This document shows, one piece after another, positions 41,701-51,357 of a stretch of DNA of 64,000 bases. The DNA is taken from NCBI RefSeq assembly GCF_000002075.1, contig NW_004797747.1:359085-423084 (forward strand). The letters run 5' to 3'. The notes below the pieces were generated by a model, which did no database searches, was not told where the DNA came from, and worked only from the letters and a program-made list of their open reading frames with translations. Within the stretch, counting starts at the first letter, position 1. The number at the start of each line of letters is the position of its first letter. The position numbers and the translations under genes are program-made. The stretch is from Aplysia californica. Its lineage: Eukaryota.

Positions 41701-44700
41701 GTAAAGTGACAACGGAAAACAAGTTGGGGATGAAGAACTGGAACTATGAGCAGGATAAGAGATGAGACAAAAGAAAAAAAAAGCAGAATAATTTAAAAAA
41801 TTCAAATATCACAAGGACAGACAATAAAGCAGTTTAATGTTGAACTTGTCCCTTTATAATCTTGCAAAGATATAAAACAAACTGCACATTCCATAAAAGA
41901 AACAACAAAGTTAGAAATAAGCAAATCATCTACATGAGAGAATTTCGACCTGCAAGATGTAAAAAAAAACAAACCACGAGAGAGATATCTATAATATATT
42001 TGGCAACTTGGAAACACATGTTAGACCTGCATGTGAGCCTCAACCAGATTGTCTGAAAATTTTGCGCAACCCCCCCCCCCCCCCCCCAAAAAAAAGCCTT
42101 TGTGGCTGTCATAAAGAAGAACATCCGAGTAACGAGCGACCATCCCAACAAACACAATAAAGAAGAGACCTAACCGTAACCCTACCCCCAAAAAGAACCT
42201 GCAACGGGCATCATGTAAAAAGGCCAAAACAAGTCCTAAATGAAAAAAAAAATTTTAATTAAAAAACCACACTCCAAAACAAACAAGGAGCATATAGATC
42301 TAGATTCTAGATCTATATATGGCTTACATCTACATTGCTATAGGGTTTGATACAATAACACAATAGAATTGGAATATATAATATGAATCCTTCATATATA
42401 TCTAGATCTAGATCTTGTAGAACAAGTGAATAGGAATAGGCCTTGAACTAGAAATCCACATCCGATTCCGAACAGAGGGACTCAGCTGAGTCTAGATTCT
42501 AGATCTAGATCTAGATCTAGATTCTAGATCTAGATCTAGATCTAGATTCTAGATCTTTACTAAATAAATAAAAACAATTCACGCACCTGATGAAATGCTT
42601 ATTTTCACCAATATAAAAATTACAGCACAACCTATGATAGGGTTTGACACAATAGAATTGGAATATGAATCCTCCATTGAGGTCTATAATGATCTATATA
42701 AATCTAGATCTAGATTCTATTAGAACAAGAGAGTCGGACTTGAATGAATCCACACGATCTGAACAATTGAATTAGTCAACAAACGAAATTCAAAATGGCC
42801 GCTTGAGCACGAAACTGAAAGTAGATAATTTAAGTTGTCGTCCTTTTTCGTATTCGCATTTCTACTTAGGTTCCGACAATTATGTCGGAAACGTCGGCGG
42901 TGCGCGCGTCGGCGGTCGGCACGAAAACGAAAGTGCCGACGAAGCCGACGGGAGAAAAATGGGTCATTGGCAGTCGGCCAAGCCTCGCACTACGCACATT
43001 GACTGATACAGGCGGGCCTAGCGATAGCATCGGCCGGTTCGCGATTGTCGGATTTCAGACGATTGTCGGCAAACATGCAGGTCTAACATGTGTCACTTTT
43101 CCCATAATACTACGACAGCTACAGATTTGAAAGGTGGCAAGTACCTGCAAAAAGATAGATAGGTCCCTATGATGGAGCCCAATGTTTTATTTATTCATTT
43201 CCTGAATTTAGAAAAATATATTTGATAAAAAATTCTCTTCCTTCTTTGGCCTTTATGATTATTCCACTGAGAAACGAAACAAATCTGCCTAGCTGTCCTT
43301 CACAGCAGAAGTGCCTGCAGTGATATTTCGCTAAGCACATTCAGTTTTGAGAGTATAGATCTAGACCTTCTAATTTTTTGCATCTCTGAAGATTAATTGC
43401 TCCATCCCAGTAGAGTGTAAATATAGTAAGCCAATGACTTCCAGTTGATATTAATGCACTGATCATTCCTTTCATCGAAAAGGTGCCCAGCTAGTTTAAT
43501 ACTAAATTAGCATTCAGAATCACGAAAATAGACCAAAAAATTACAGACTTCACCTTTGGATGTGACAACATTCTTTAACCCTTTGAGCCTTCCTCATGCT
43601 GAACCTTCAAAACTGAGCACCCGAGCTCCGAGCCAGACATACACCTCTGTACGCTGAGGTGTGTGCACTCAACGCACAGAAGGGAAAGGACTGTCATGTT
43701 CGGGCATGCCCTCATGTTCCAGTCTTCCTTATCCCTGCAAGCCCGACAGGCCATCAAGTATCGTCTTCCCTTTCTATATTCCTGCAACTTTTTCCTTACA
43801 ACATGACACACCTGCACCGGTTGCTGCACTTGAACATTAAAAATATGCGATGAAAAAACACACTGCTCGTTGTTCTTTTAGGCAATAAATATGTACCCAC
43901 ATTTGACTTGCAAAACCCACCTTGATAACCTCCAGCCGCAGCTGTTGGGTCACTGTCCGGGGAGGGGGTGTCCCGGCTTGGCGGCGTGGTTGGTGAAGCC
44001 AGAGGGTGGCTGAATTGATCACAGGAGGAGGAAGTAGTGATCCCTGAGGAACCTAAAGAAAGCAAACACAAAGACAGGAACACTTTTATTACAATCAATC
44101 ACGTAGGAATGCCTCAGGAACTCTCATGTCCTCCCCACCTTACAAATTTGGAGAAAAAAATTATGCCCCCCCCCCCCCCTCCAAATGAACAAAACCAACG
44201 AACAGGCAACGGCAAAAAAATTTAAAATATCCATGACAACTTATCTGACTACGTTAGCACAAGTAAATACCAAAAAAATGATCAGTTCAGCACACTGGCT
44301 CCAATGATGGATAAACTTTCTATCCGTTTCAAAGAAGAGTGAGGTGGCACCTTTTTCACGAATTGCATATTTATTTGATCAATTAAAATCTACGATAGCG
44401 AAAAGCCCATAGGCGTTTGCATGAAAGAAAAACTGTGAAACAGCATCATCCGTTAAACCTACAATCCAGCACAACCTTCAACAAACAGGTCATGGCCAGA
44501 CCCTGTCTGTAGGAAAAACAGAAAATATGGATGACTCACCGGACTCTTCAATGTTGTTCTCGTAAAACGAGTCTGTGAGAGGGTTGCTGGGAGACTGTTC
44601 ATGGTTACTCTCAGAAAGCTGTGACGGAAAGCTTGGGGAACCTTCCATGGAGACGTGGTCACTGTCAATGCTCTCCTAATGAGTACAAACAAAAATAAAA

Positions 44701-47700
44701 ATTAAGCCATACCCTACGCTAACAAAAACAATAACTTGTCTCATGGCCACAAGTAGAACACATCAAATGGAACCTCCATACACCATACAGAATACATCTT
44801 TTTTGTGAAGTATTTCATGAGAAGCTTTCTAAACATGTAAATCAAAGATAGCTAATTACACCTCAAAACATGAAGTGTTAAAAGTTGAAAATGATGAAAC
44901 AATTTCACTGTAGAACAAGAGTTTGTACCAGTCACTTACAGAGCTGACCAAGGAAGGTGATGGCTTGTTCAGAAACTGACTCCATGGGTCTGGCTGCATT
45001 GAGAGTCCAGTCTTCAGGGATTCCATTGTATTGACAGAGCGAGAGTTGATCTGCAGCAAGTGACAGATCTGCACACCAAATGTGGCCTTCATGCTCTGGT
45101 ACAATGCCTCAGCTCTGTAAATCATTTGAATCAAGATCAGGGTATGCAAGGCCCAAGTATACACAGAAAACACACCCACCTTCTTTATTGGTTTCAGTTT
45201 TTTTAAAATAAAAAAATTATTAAAAGCACGTTAAACCAACGTGAGAGATTTTAAGCAAGAGAAAAGCAGGATGACTAAAAATCTAACAGCTCTCTAATTT
45301 ATATCAACTAAGTTTTTACATACCAATCACAGAAATTGAGAATACTCTCTGGCCACATAGGAATGAACAAAAGTAAGTCTCTTAAAATGGTGTGGATCTA
45401 AACAGGACAAGAAGAGAAAATAACAGTTTAAAAAAAGGGTAAGACTAGAAAAAAAAACTGTTTACCTTCAATTCTTCACCATCAGAACTCTCATTTTCCT
45501 TGGATAAAAACAACCCTTTTAACAACAAGGACAATACCAGACATTTCCCCACAAGAGACTATCTTGTCTGTTCTTTTTAGTTTTAGTGAGAGTTTTATGG
45601 CACTTATAATAACACAATTTGGTAATTTTAGTGCTGAAGATTAGAAGTGTTACAAGAGAGTAACATACACAAAAAAGTAGGGGTTTTATGGCGCTCGCAA
45701 CTGCATAAGGTCATATGAGCGCCAGAAGATTAGAAGTGTTAAATGACAGTAACAAACATAAAAAAGAAGGAGGAGAGATACGGACGATGGATGTTTGATG
45801 GGAAAGAAGAAGCTGACCACACCAGAGCACCTGCCAACCACCCGCAAAAAAGGAGGAGAGGTAAGGACGATAGATATTTGGTAGGAAAGAAGGTGCAAAC
45901 CACACTAAAGCAGTCGTCAACCACCCACAAAAAAAGGAGGAGAGGTAAGGATGATAGATATATTTGGTAGGAAAGAAGCAAACCACACTAAAGCAGCTGT
46001 CAACCACCCACCTGGTCTGTTCCCCATCCAGCACATCATGAAGCAAGACATAGTAGTGCAGCACTCCCTGGCAGAACCAGCGGGGCAGTCGGTTCGGGAA
46101 CTGCTGCTGCTGGGTTACCTGCTGATTGGCCAGGGCTGTGAAGGTACTCAGGGGGTCACTGTTGTTGGAAGCCACCACAAAAATGCCTTCAATGCAGTTA
46201 AGGCCACACACGGGTTTTTGGACTCCAGACAATGTTTTTGGGAGTTTTAAGAAACTTCCCATGAAAATAATGTGCTAAAAGAATGGAAGTACTCCCAAAG
46301 CTCTATTTCAAAGAGATAGCTCCATAAAGTTTGTAACAATGTGTGTCAATACAATGCTATAAAGCAATTTTCAGATGTATTTGCTCCTTTCCTCAAAATG
46401 TTCATTTCTTGGCTTTAAAAGCTAAAAACTCAAAACAACATTCAAGATAAAAACATTAAATTTGGAGGGTAAGTGCACCATACAATTCCAAATAAAATGA
46501 CACTATCTTTTTTTTATTTAAAAAAATCCAATTTTTTAATGATTTTTTTTCTCTGCTATTTTGACTCATTTTGTCATTCGCTATGCAAATCTTCTAAAAG
46601 TCATAAAATGATTAATATTTACAATTTCAAGAAAAACTGGCATCATTTTCTTAACACTATGTCATCACAAGGCTCATATAGTAAAAACCCCTGCCATCAA
46701 AGGCAAAGGCAATTTGGGGGAAATCCAAAGAAACTGGTTGGTAAACATCGCCGATCGGCTAGATGTGACGGCAAAGGGTTAAGATTTGTGTGCAGATTAC
46801 AAATATGTAATTAGTTCATAGATACCAGGAATGGTTTTTTAGTTTTTAGCTTTTAAAAATGGTCCTTCAGTTGGCTCGATTTCACTCTAATTTGCAATTT
46901 CTGTGATTATGTAAATAATAATCATTTCCAAAACTGAATATTTTTAAACCTTGCATGGAATACTTTGAGAAAATAAGAAAAAAAAAAGTAAAAATCACCT
47001 AATTGTAGATTTTGGTGCTAAAAAGTAGAGAGTGTGGCCTTAAGCGGGTCTACAAAAGTGGGGAACATAGCACTCATCTTATTCACATTCCGCACAAATA
47101 AAAGAAGGTTTACAAACAAATAAACTCGCAAAAGTCCAGGCGTATCTTATGGTGAAACAGCACTATGATGTCTACACTTTCATACTAGGAACAGACGAAC
47201 TACAGAAACACCGAAAGGAAAGGTTAAAGTCTGATTTCCTACAAGAAAAATTTCAGTGATTAAATAACATTGTAACTTTTATATTTCACATTCCTTAAAA
47301 AAACAAAAACAGCACGGCCTTGGGGGCTCAGTACCATGATCCTTTATATCCCATAGCTAAAAAAAATTATAACATAAAAACATTTCGAAAAAACTTACTA
47401 AAATTTTTTTGGGATATTTCTCGTTAAGTCAAAAAGGAAAAAAGTATCAAGAAAAGAACATTTAAACTTCATTCATTTATCCAAAAAATCAGCATCAAGA
47501 AAAGAAAATTTAAACTTCATTCACTTATCTAAAAAATCAGCATCAACAAGTTAAGAGGTGGCAAGGATACAAGCCAAACAGTGGTTGAGGTACTCGTGAT
47601 CAGAAGGGGGCAAAACTTGCAAGAAAGCTTCCCGCCAGCTCTCAAACCATGGTGTGGCAGCTGAAAACATATGGAAAAATATAAAACTGGGCATCAAAAC

Positions 47701-50700
47701 AAGTGTGAGAAGAAACCTTGGAATTATGAGAGAATATCCATTCTTAGAAATACTAATTACCATATGCACATTGAAGTCATGGCCATAACTCCCCCCCCCC
47801 CAAAAAAAAAAAAGAATAACTGAAGTACTTTCAATTGTAGTAGATTTACCTCTATAAATAAAAGGACTTAAACAAGCCAAAAACTACTCACAAGACTGTT
47901 TCCTTTTCCAAGCATGCATGTGTTTGTGGATATAATAAGTTCTAAATCATACCTTAGTTTGACATATCGCGACCTCAGTGCTTTCTTGTCCTATCCCCAT
48001 TTTTTTTTTACCAGTGAAAACATTTCATACAAAAAGTGAGCTTGTAAGAAGAAGTCACATTTTCAATGTAAAAAAAAAAAAAAAGGAGATACGACAAGAA
48101 AGCACTGAGGTCATAATATGTAAAACCAGTATCCACTTTTTGTATACCATCTATCAAGCCTGATAACAAAATTTTTTGCTAAATTTATTTAGACTCTCTA
48201 CATAAATATATATATATATATATATTTGTACAAACAAAGGGAATAAATACTGCCTGTGGACACTGAGGCAGAAAAATTACAAAATGAAGTGCAACTTATG
48301 AAAATAAGCGATAACATTATTGCACTTTACAGAAAGAAACAGTAGTTCTAAAATAAACTTACGACTGAGCTGCAGGTCATAGTTTCCAATGGACATCATG
48401 TTATTGGCACCGGGCTCTTGGGACTGTCCTTGGGTAGAGGCCACAGCATCACTGAGTTGCTTCTTGATGACACCCTGCTGGGGAAGCTGAGTGCCCATAT
48501 CACACGCACTGATGCGTAGATTGTGTATTGAATGGGTAACATTGTTGGCATCCCGAATGTGCACTGAGGGAAAGACATATATATACAGTGTTAGAAAACC
48601 TGTTGACTTTAATTCTTTTGAACTTAAACCTACTTAAAACTATGACTCCAGCGCATTTGTTTCTAAAAATAACCCAAACTCAAGAGAATCAATTTTTGTC
48701 AGTTTCTGAGATGCGCTGCCCTGATTTCAATCTCAATAGCACAAGAAACGTCTTTTCTGTATTGGCAGCTTGAGAGTTCAGCTGAAAAAAAAAATAGACC
48801 AAAAGAAAGAATCTAAATCTGTATTCAGACTCCTTGTATTCAGTGGGTGGCCATGTTCTTCAGACAATAACAAATTGTTACTTAGGTCTAAAAAGCACTG
48901 GATGGTCAAATGATTCAAAGTAAAATTTCTTTAGGTAGACTTCTTCTTTTATGTTCAGTTCAGTACTACTACTGTCAGCCCCACACTCAACGTTAACTGG
49001 AAGAATGAAATGAAACACATGATGAAGCTACAGCACTACTCTGTCAGCCCCACACTCAACGTTAACTGGAAGAATGAAATGAAACACATGATGAAGCTAC
49101 AGTGAGCACCTAGCACACTTCAGTGATCGGCCCAAATACAGATGAGGTAATTCTGCCACCTATTTTTAGCATCTTCCGGGGCTTCCCTCGCCGGTTGACT
49201 AGATCTCACTGTGGCGGGCCCGCTTTGCCACTTAGCGTCACTAGGTTTCATCGCTGACAGCTTGGGTTGTGTGTGCGCGCGCGCTTGAGTGTGTGCAACT
49301 TTGAGACAACAAAAATTGAAGGCTGAAATACCCCATATTTCATTATTTGGGACAATCACAGAGATGGGCTAGATCTAGGTGCTCGCTGTAGCTTCATACT
49401 TACTACGGAGTGTCTACGTACACGGTAACCGGGCACCTAGCCTCAGTGTCTATGTGCACGGTGACCGGGCACCTAGCCTCAGTGTCTACGTACACGGTGA
49501 CCGGGCACCTAGCCTCAGTGTCTACGTACACGTACGGTAACCGGGCACCTAGCCTGAGTGTCTACGTACACGGTAACTGGCAACCGGGCACGTAGTCTCA
49601 GTATCATGTACACGGTAACCGGCACTGTAGTCTCAGTGTCACGTACACAGTAACTGCGCAGTTCAGAACTCCAAAATTCAGTTTTTGTCATCCGGAGTTT
49701 CCTTCATCCCCACCCCTCCCCCGACTGTACCTTTAAAAAAAATCAATAATCCCCCCCCCTCCATTCCGGAGCCCTACACTTCGCAGCGCACAGGCTTTGA
49801 ATGAACTTTGGTGACCCCCAACCGGTACTCACAATGTGATGCGCACGAACAGGTTCACTGACCGGTCACAATGGCGAGCTCGGCTAGACGCTTACCTTGT
49901 ATGAATTTTTTTTTTCAACAAGTGACAGTACAGGACAAAATATAATATTGATTTATTTTCATTCCGGTTTACCGTGTATGTAGAGATACTGAGACTAGGT
50001 GCCCGGTTAACGTGTATGTAGATACTGAGACTAGGTGAGACTAGCTGCCCGGTTACCGTACGTAGATATTGAGACTAGGTGCCCGTTTACCGTACGTAGA
50101 CACTCCGTACTTATTAAATGAAACAGAAAAGACCCCACATTCCAACTGCACCAACTTCTCAAAAGATTTGTCAAATTTAGTTAAAGTTAGGGTTCTAGTC
50201 TACCCCTACTGAATAGGACTACACGGTAAGATTGAAGAATACCGGACCAGCGGACTGACTTTGCCTATGTCTCAACCTTAGGAATTCATAATTTTCCCGT
50301 TTTTAATATCTCTCAATGGAGAATCTCGGACTGGTAGATCTATTAATTAAAATTTTGTCAGGGGGGAGACCCCCCTGAACCCCCCTCCTCCACCCCAACC
50401 ACCCGCTCCACCTACCCCAGTGGGGTCCCCACTTTCTTGCACAATAATGTACGAGTGGTCCGGTATTCTTCAATCTTCCCGGACTACACTAATAGCGAGA
50501 AATTGGTTGATCAGTTCTAAGAGTCCTTCTGTCTTTTTAGGCTACCTCTACTTGACTTAGACTAGAGACCCTTAGTCTAGGGCTTAGTCTTGTTTTGGGG
50601 GGAGGGGGCAAAAGAAAGATAAAGAGCTCTCTCTCTGCCCTGAATTATGGACAAGGGGTTGAACCCATGTATGACCCCAATGCCGTCCTGTGATTTCACT

Positions 50701-50922
50701 AATAGATGACAAATCAGTACCTCAGTATTATATTAGCACTTTCCTGTGACACGCAGGACAATTACCTTCTGATGAAAGTCTGCAGAACGGCTGAATCAGC
50801 TGCACAAAACTGAGGTTATTCTTCTCACATAACAATTGGGCATCATTGCTGCAGAGAACGGCAATATGCGGGCTGAAAGTGTTCTGGATGAATTCACTGG
50901 CACTCTGTTTGCACTGCGACAT
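26793..50922 (-). CDS. TRAPPC8: Trafficking protein particle complex subunit 8 (TRAPPIII, Trs85 homolog), 25 exons, about 1507 aa
   Basis: complement join(50766..50922,48363..48563,47571..47660,46012..46186,44940..45114,44540..44675,43921..44052,41365..41543,40545..40651,39583..39733,39081..39184,38501..38606,37847..37978,36961..37032,36170..36322,35105..35225,34137..34316,33626..33774,32906..32980,32060..32356,31428..31837,30543..30696,29287..29389,28374..28442,26793..27688). Total 4524 nt, in frame. Family motifs: MSQCKQSASEFIQNTFSPHIAVLCS, TPWFESWREAF, SDHEYLNHCLAC, HGMCLTPSDLDRLRIF, PELQLRRLADLAFLFQMY, SALFLEQAAHCF, RKYSFHMILAGHRFSKAGQ, QGPRLNNSKEE..YGPDRRL. An in-frame ATG at 50931 is an alternative start. 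The donor of low-complexity exon 7 (43921) is the least certain boundary. Confidence 0.93.
28110..28206. repeat. About 30-bp tandem repeat (3 copies)
   Basis: ctctttatcctcatt..taaacaag(ag)tcta units. Confidence 0.85.
29665..30383. mobile_element. TTAA-flanked non-autonomous DNA transposon (piggyBac-like family 1), second copy, inverted
   Basis: TTAA at 29661..29664 and 30384..30387. TIR cacattacaccctaa / ttagggtgtaatgtg. Reverse-complement match to 15398..16354. Confidence 0.9.
30861..31189 (-). mobile_element. tRNA-headed SINE with a Deu/Nin-like body and I-group LINE tail (family B)
   Basis: A box TGGTCTAGAGG (31179..31169) and B box GGTTGGAAACC (31136..31126). Body ...ttaaagatccc...tggtcc. 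Tail cttatgcagttgcgagcgc. Homologs at 55655..55960 and 18690..18960. Domain assignment is from memory. Confidence 0.65.
33207..33558 (+). mobile_element. tRNA-derived CORE-like SINE with an L2-like (TAT)n tail
   Basis: A box TGGCCTAGTGG at 33218 and B box GGTTTGAATCC at 33262. CORE-like tgtgtccttgggaaaggcactt...aatggg. 3' end gcgctatacaaatgc(tat)n. Confidence 0.8.
35227..35653. repeat. 53-bp minisatellite, 8 copies
   Basis: Units start at 35227, 35280, 35333, 35386, 35439, 35492, 35545 and 35598. Abuts the TRAPPC8 exon 16 acceptor. Confidence 0.97.
36342..36665 (-). mobile_element. 5'-truncated I/Ingi-group LINE 3' end
   Basis: LSRREQVTIFRL*TQ..LNSYLKRI..DCSLCDCQDETVPHHLFTC (CCHC knuckle), stop at 36353..36351, (AAGTA)n-like tail. 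Confidence 0.75.
42014..43093. mobile_element. Non-autonomous TIR element carrying (AGATCT)n tracts
   Basis: Perfect 21-bp inverted repeat acacatgttagacctgcatgt at 42014..42034 and 43073..43093. CpG-rich right arm. Confidence 0.7.
42491..42556. repeat. (AGATCT/AGATTCT)n palindromic microsatellite
   Basis: Longest of many such tracts; others at about 18, 1427, 3359, 42296, 42401 and 42703. Confidence 0.9.
45575..46011 (-). mobile_element. Family A retroposon cluster with triplicated 83-bp 5' segment, starting at the TRAPPC8 intron 4 donor
   Basis: Units start at 46011, 45928 and 45845, followed by the family tail at about 45680 and a second degenerate tail at about 45580. Confidence 0.8.
46187..47570 (-). 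other. U12-type (minor spliceosome) GT-AG intron, TRAPPC8 intron 3
   Basis: 5' splice site GTATCCTT at 47570..47563, branch site CCTTAAC at 46203..46197, AG 12 nt after the branch A, no polypyrimidine tract. Splicing restores the frame (...CLA-C-IFVVAS...). Confidence 0.9.
46655..46778. mobile_element. TTAA-flanked about 125-bp MITE (family 4), inside the U12 intron
   Basis: TTAA at both ends. Inverted homolog at 54431..54557. Confidence 0.8.
48961..49102. repeat. About 70-bp tandem duplication
   Basis: ctgtcagccccacactcaacgttaactggaagaatgaaatgaaacacatgatgaagctacag occurs twice. Confidence 0.9.
49091..49397. mobile_element. MITE with about 23-bp TIRs
   Basis: atgaagctacagtgagcacctag versus ctaggtgctcgctgtagcttcat, plus a weaker inner inverted match (gtgatcggcccaaata / tatttgggacaatcac). 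Confidence 0.65.
49406..50107. mobile_element. Foldback/MULE-like element with inverted arrays of a 33-bp repeat
   Basis: TIR cggagtgtctacgtac / gtacgtagacactccg. About 7 units of gtgtctacgtacacggt(a/g)accgggcacctagcctca at left and about 4 inverted units at right. 9-bp flanks tacttacta / tacttatta. Confidence 0.8.
50225..50480. mobile_element. MULE-type MITE with perfect 9-bp TSD
   Basis: GGACTACAC at 50216..50224 and 50481..50489. 25-bp TIR GG(T/G)AAGATTGAAGAATACCGGACCA. Confidence 0.9.
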
Positions 50923-51357
50923 GGTTATCATCTATATTTTCCTCAAGTATGAAATGATAGCGCTTTTATGTTACACATCAACATTTTTGTTGATGATCTG
51001 TAGCTTTCCTAAGAATACTGTCATGCGCCATTTTACTGACTCCGCCACTTCCGGAATATTACACGAAGGGAGATAATATAAATACAGAGGTCAGCAACTT
51101 TGACCTGTGACCTTGTAGATGCCCGTCCTGCCTTGGCAAGGCTAAACTACTAAACTTGGCCTAATAAATAGTCAGTCGAGTCAACCAGTTTTGCTTTGGC
51201 GGAGTAGAGAGCTTGATTACATCTTCTCTTACGCGAAGGCTGTGCAATAAATTGCATCGCAATTATTTATTATTGTACCCAGAAGATAAAAAGGCCAAAT
51301 ACTGATTCTTTCTGCTGTTCTTCTTTTGTGGATCAGGGGTAATACGAAAACGGCATA
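50923..51357. promoter_or_regulatory. Bidirectional promoter region between TRAPPC8 and GPT
   Basis: 435 bp between divergent ATGs. YY1 motif gcgccatttt 51025..51034, ETS/GABP cacttccgg 51046..51054, TATAAATA 51077..51084, nuclear-receptor half-sites AGGTCA 51088 and TGACCT 51101 and 51108 (DR1). Confidence 0.65.

Noticed and set aside
43575-43829. Extra TRAPPC8 exon
   Set aside because: Exons 7 and 8 already join in phase, and no phase-compatible open exon with good splice signals was found.
49019-49105. C/D box snoRNA (ATGATGA twice)
   Set aside because: Antisense to the host gene, no properly placed CTGA D box, and explained by a tandem duplication next to a MITE.
49410-49655. 33-bp array as CRISPR or as coding repeat (ORF 49410..49595)
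   Set aside because: No spacers, and the array is mirrored in inverted form at about 49965..50107, so it is a transposon subterminal repeat.
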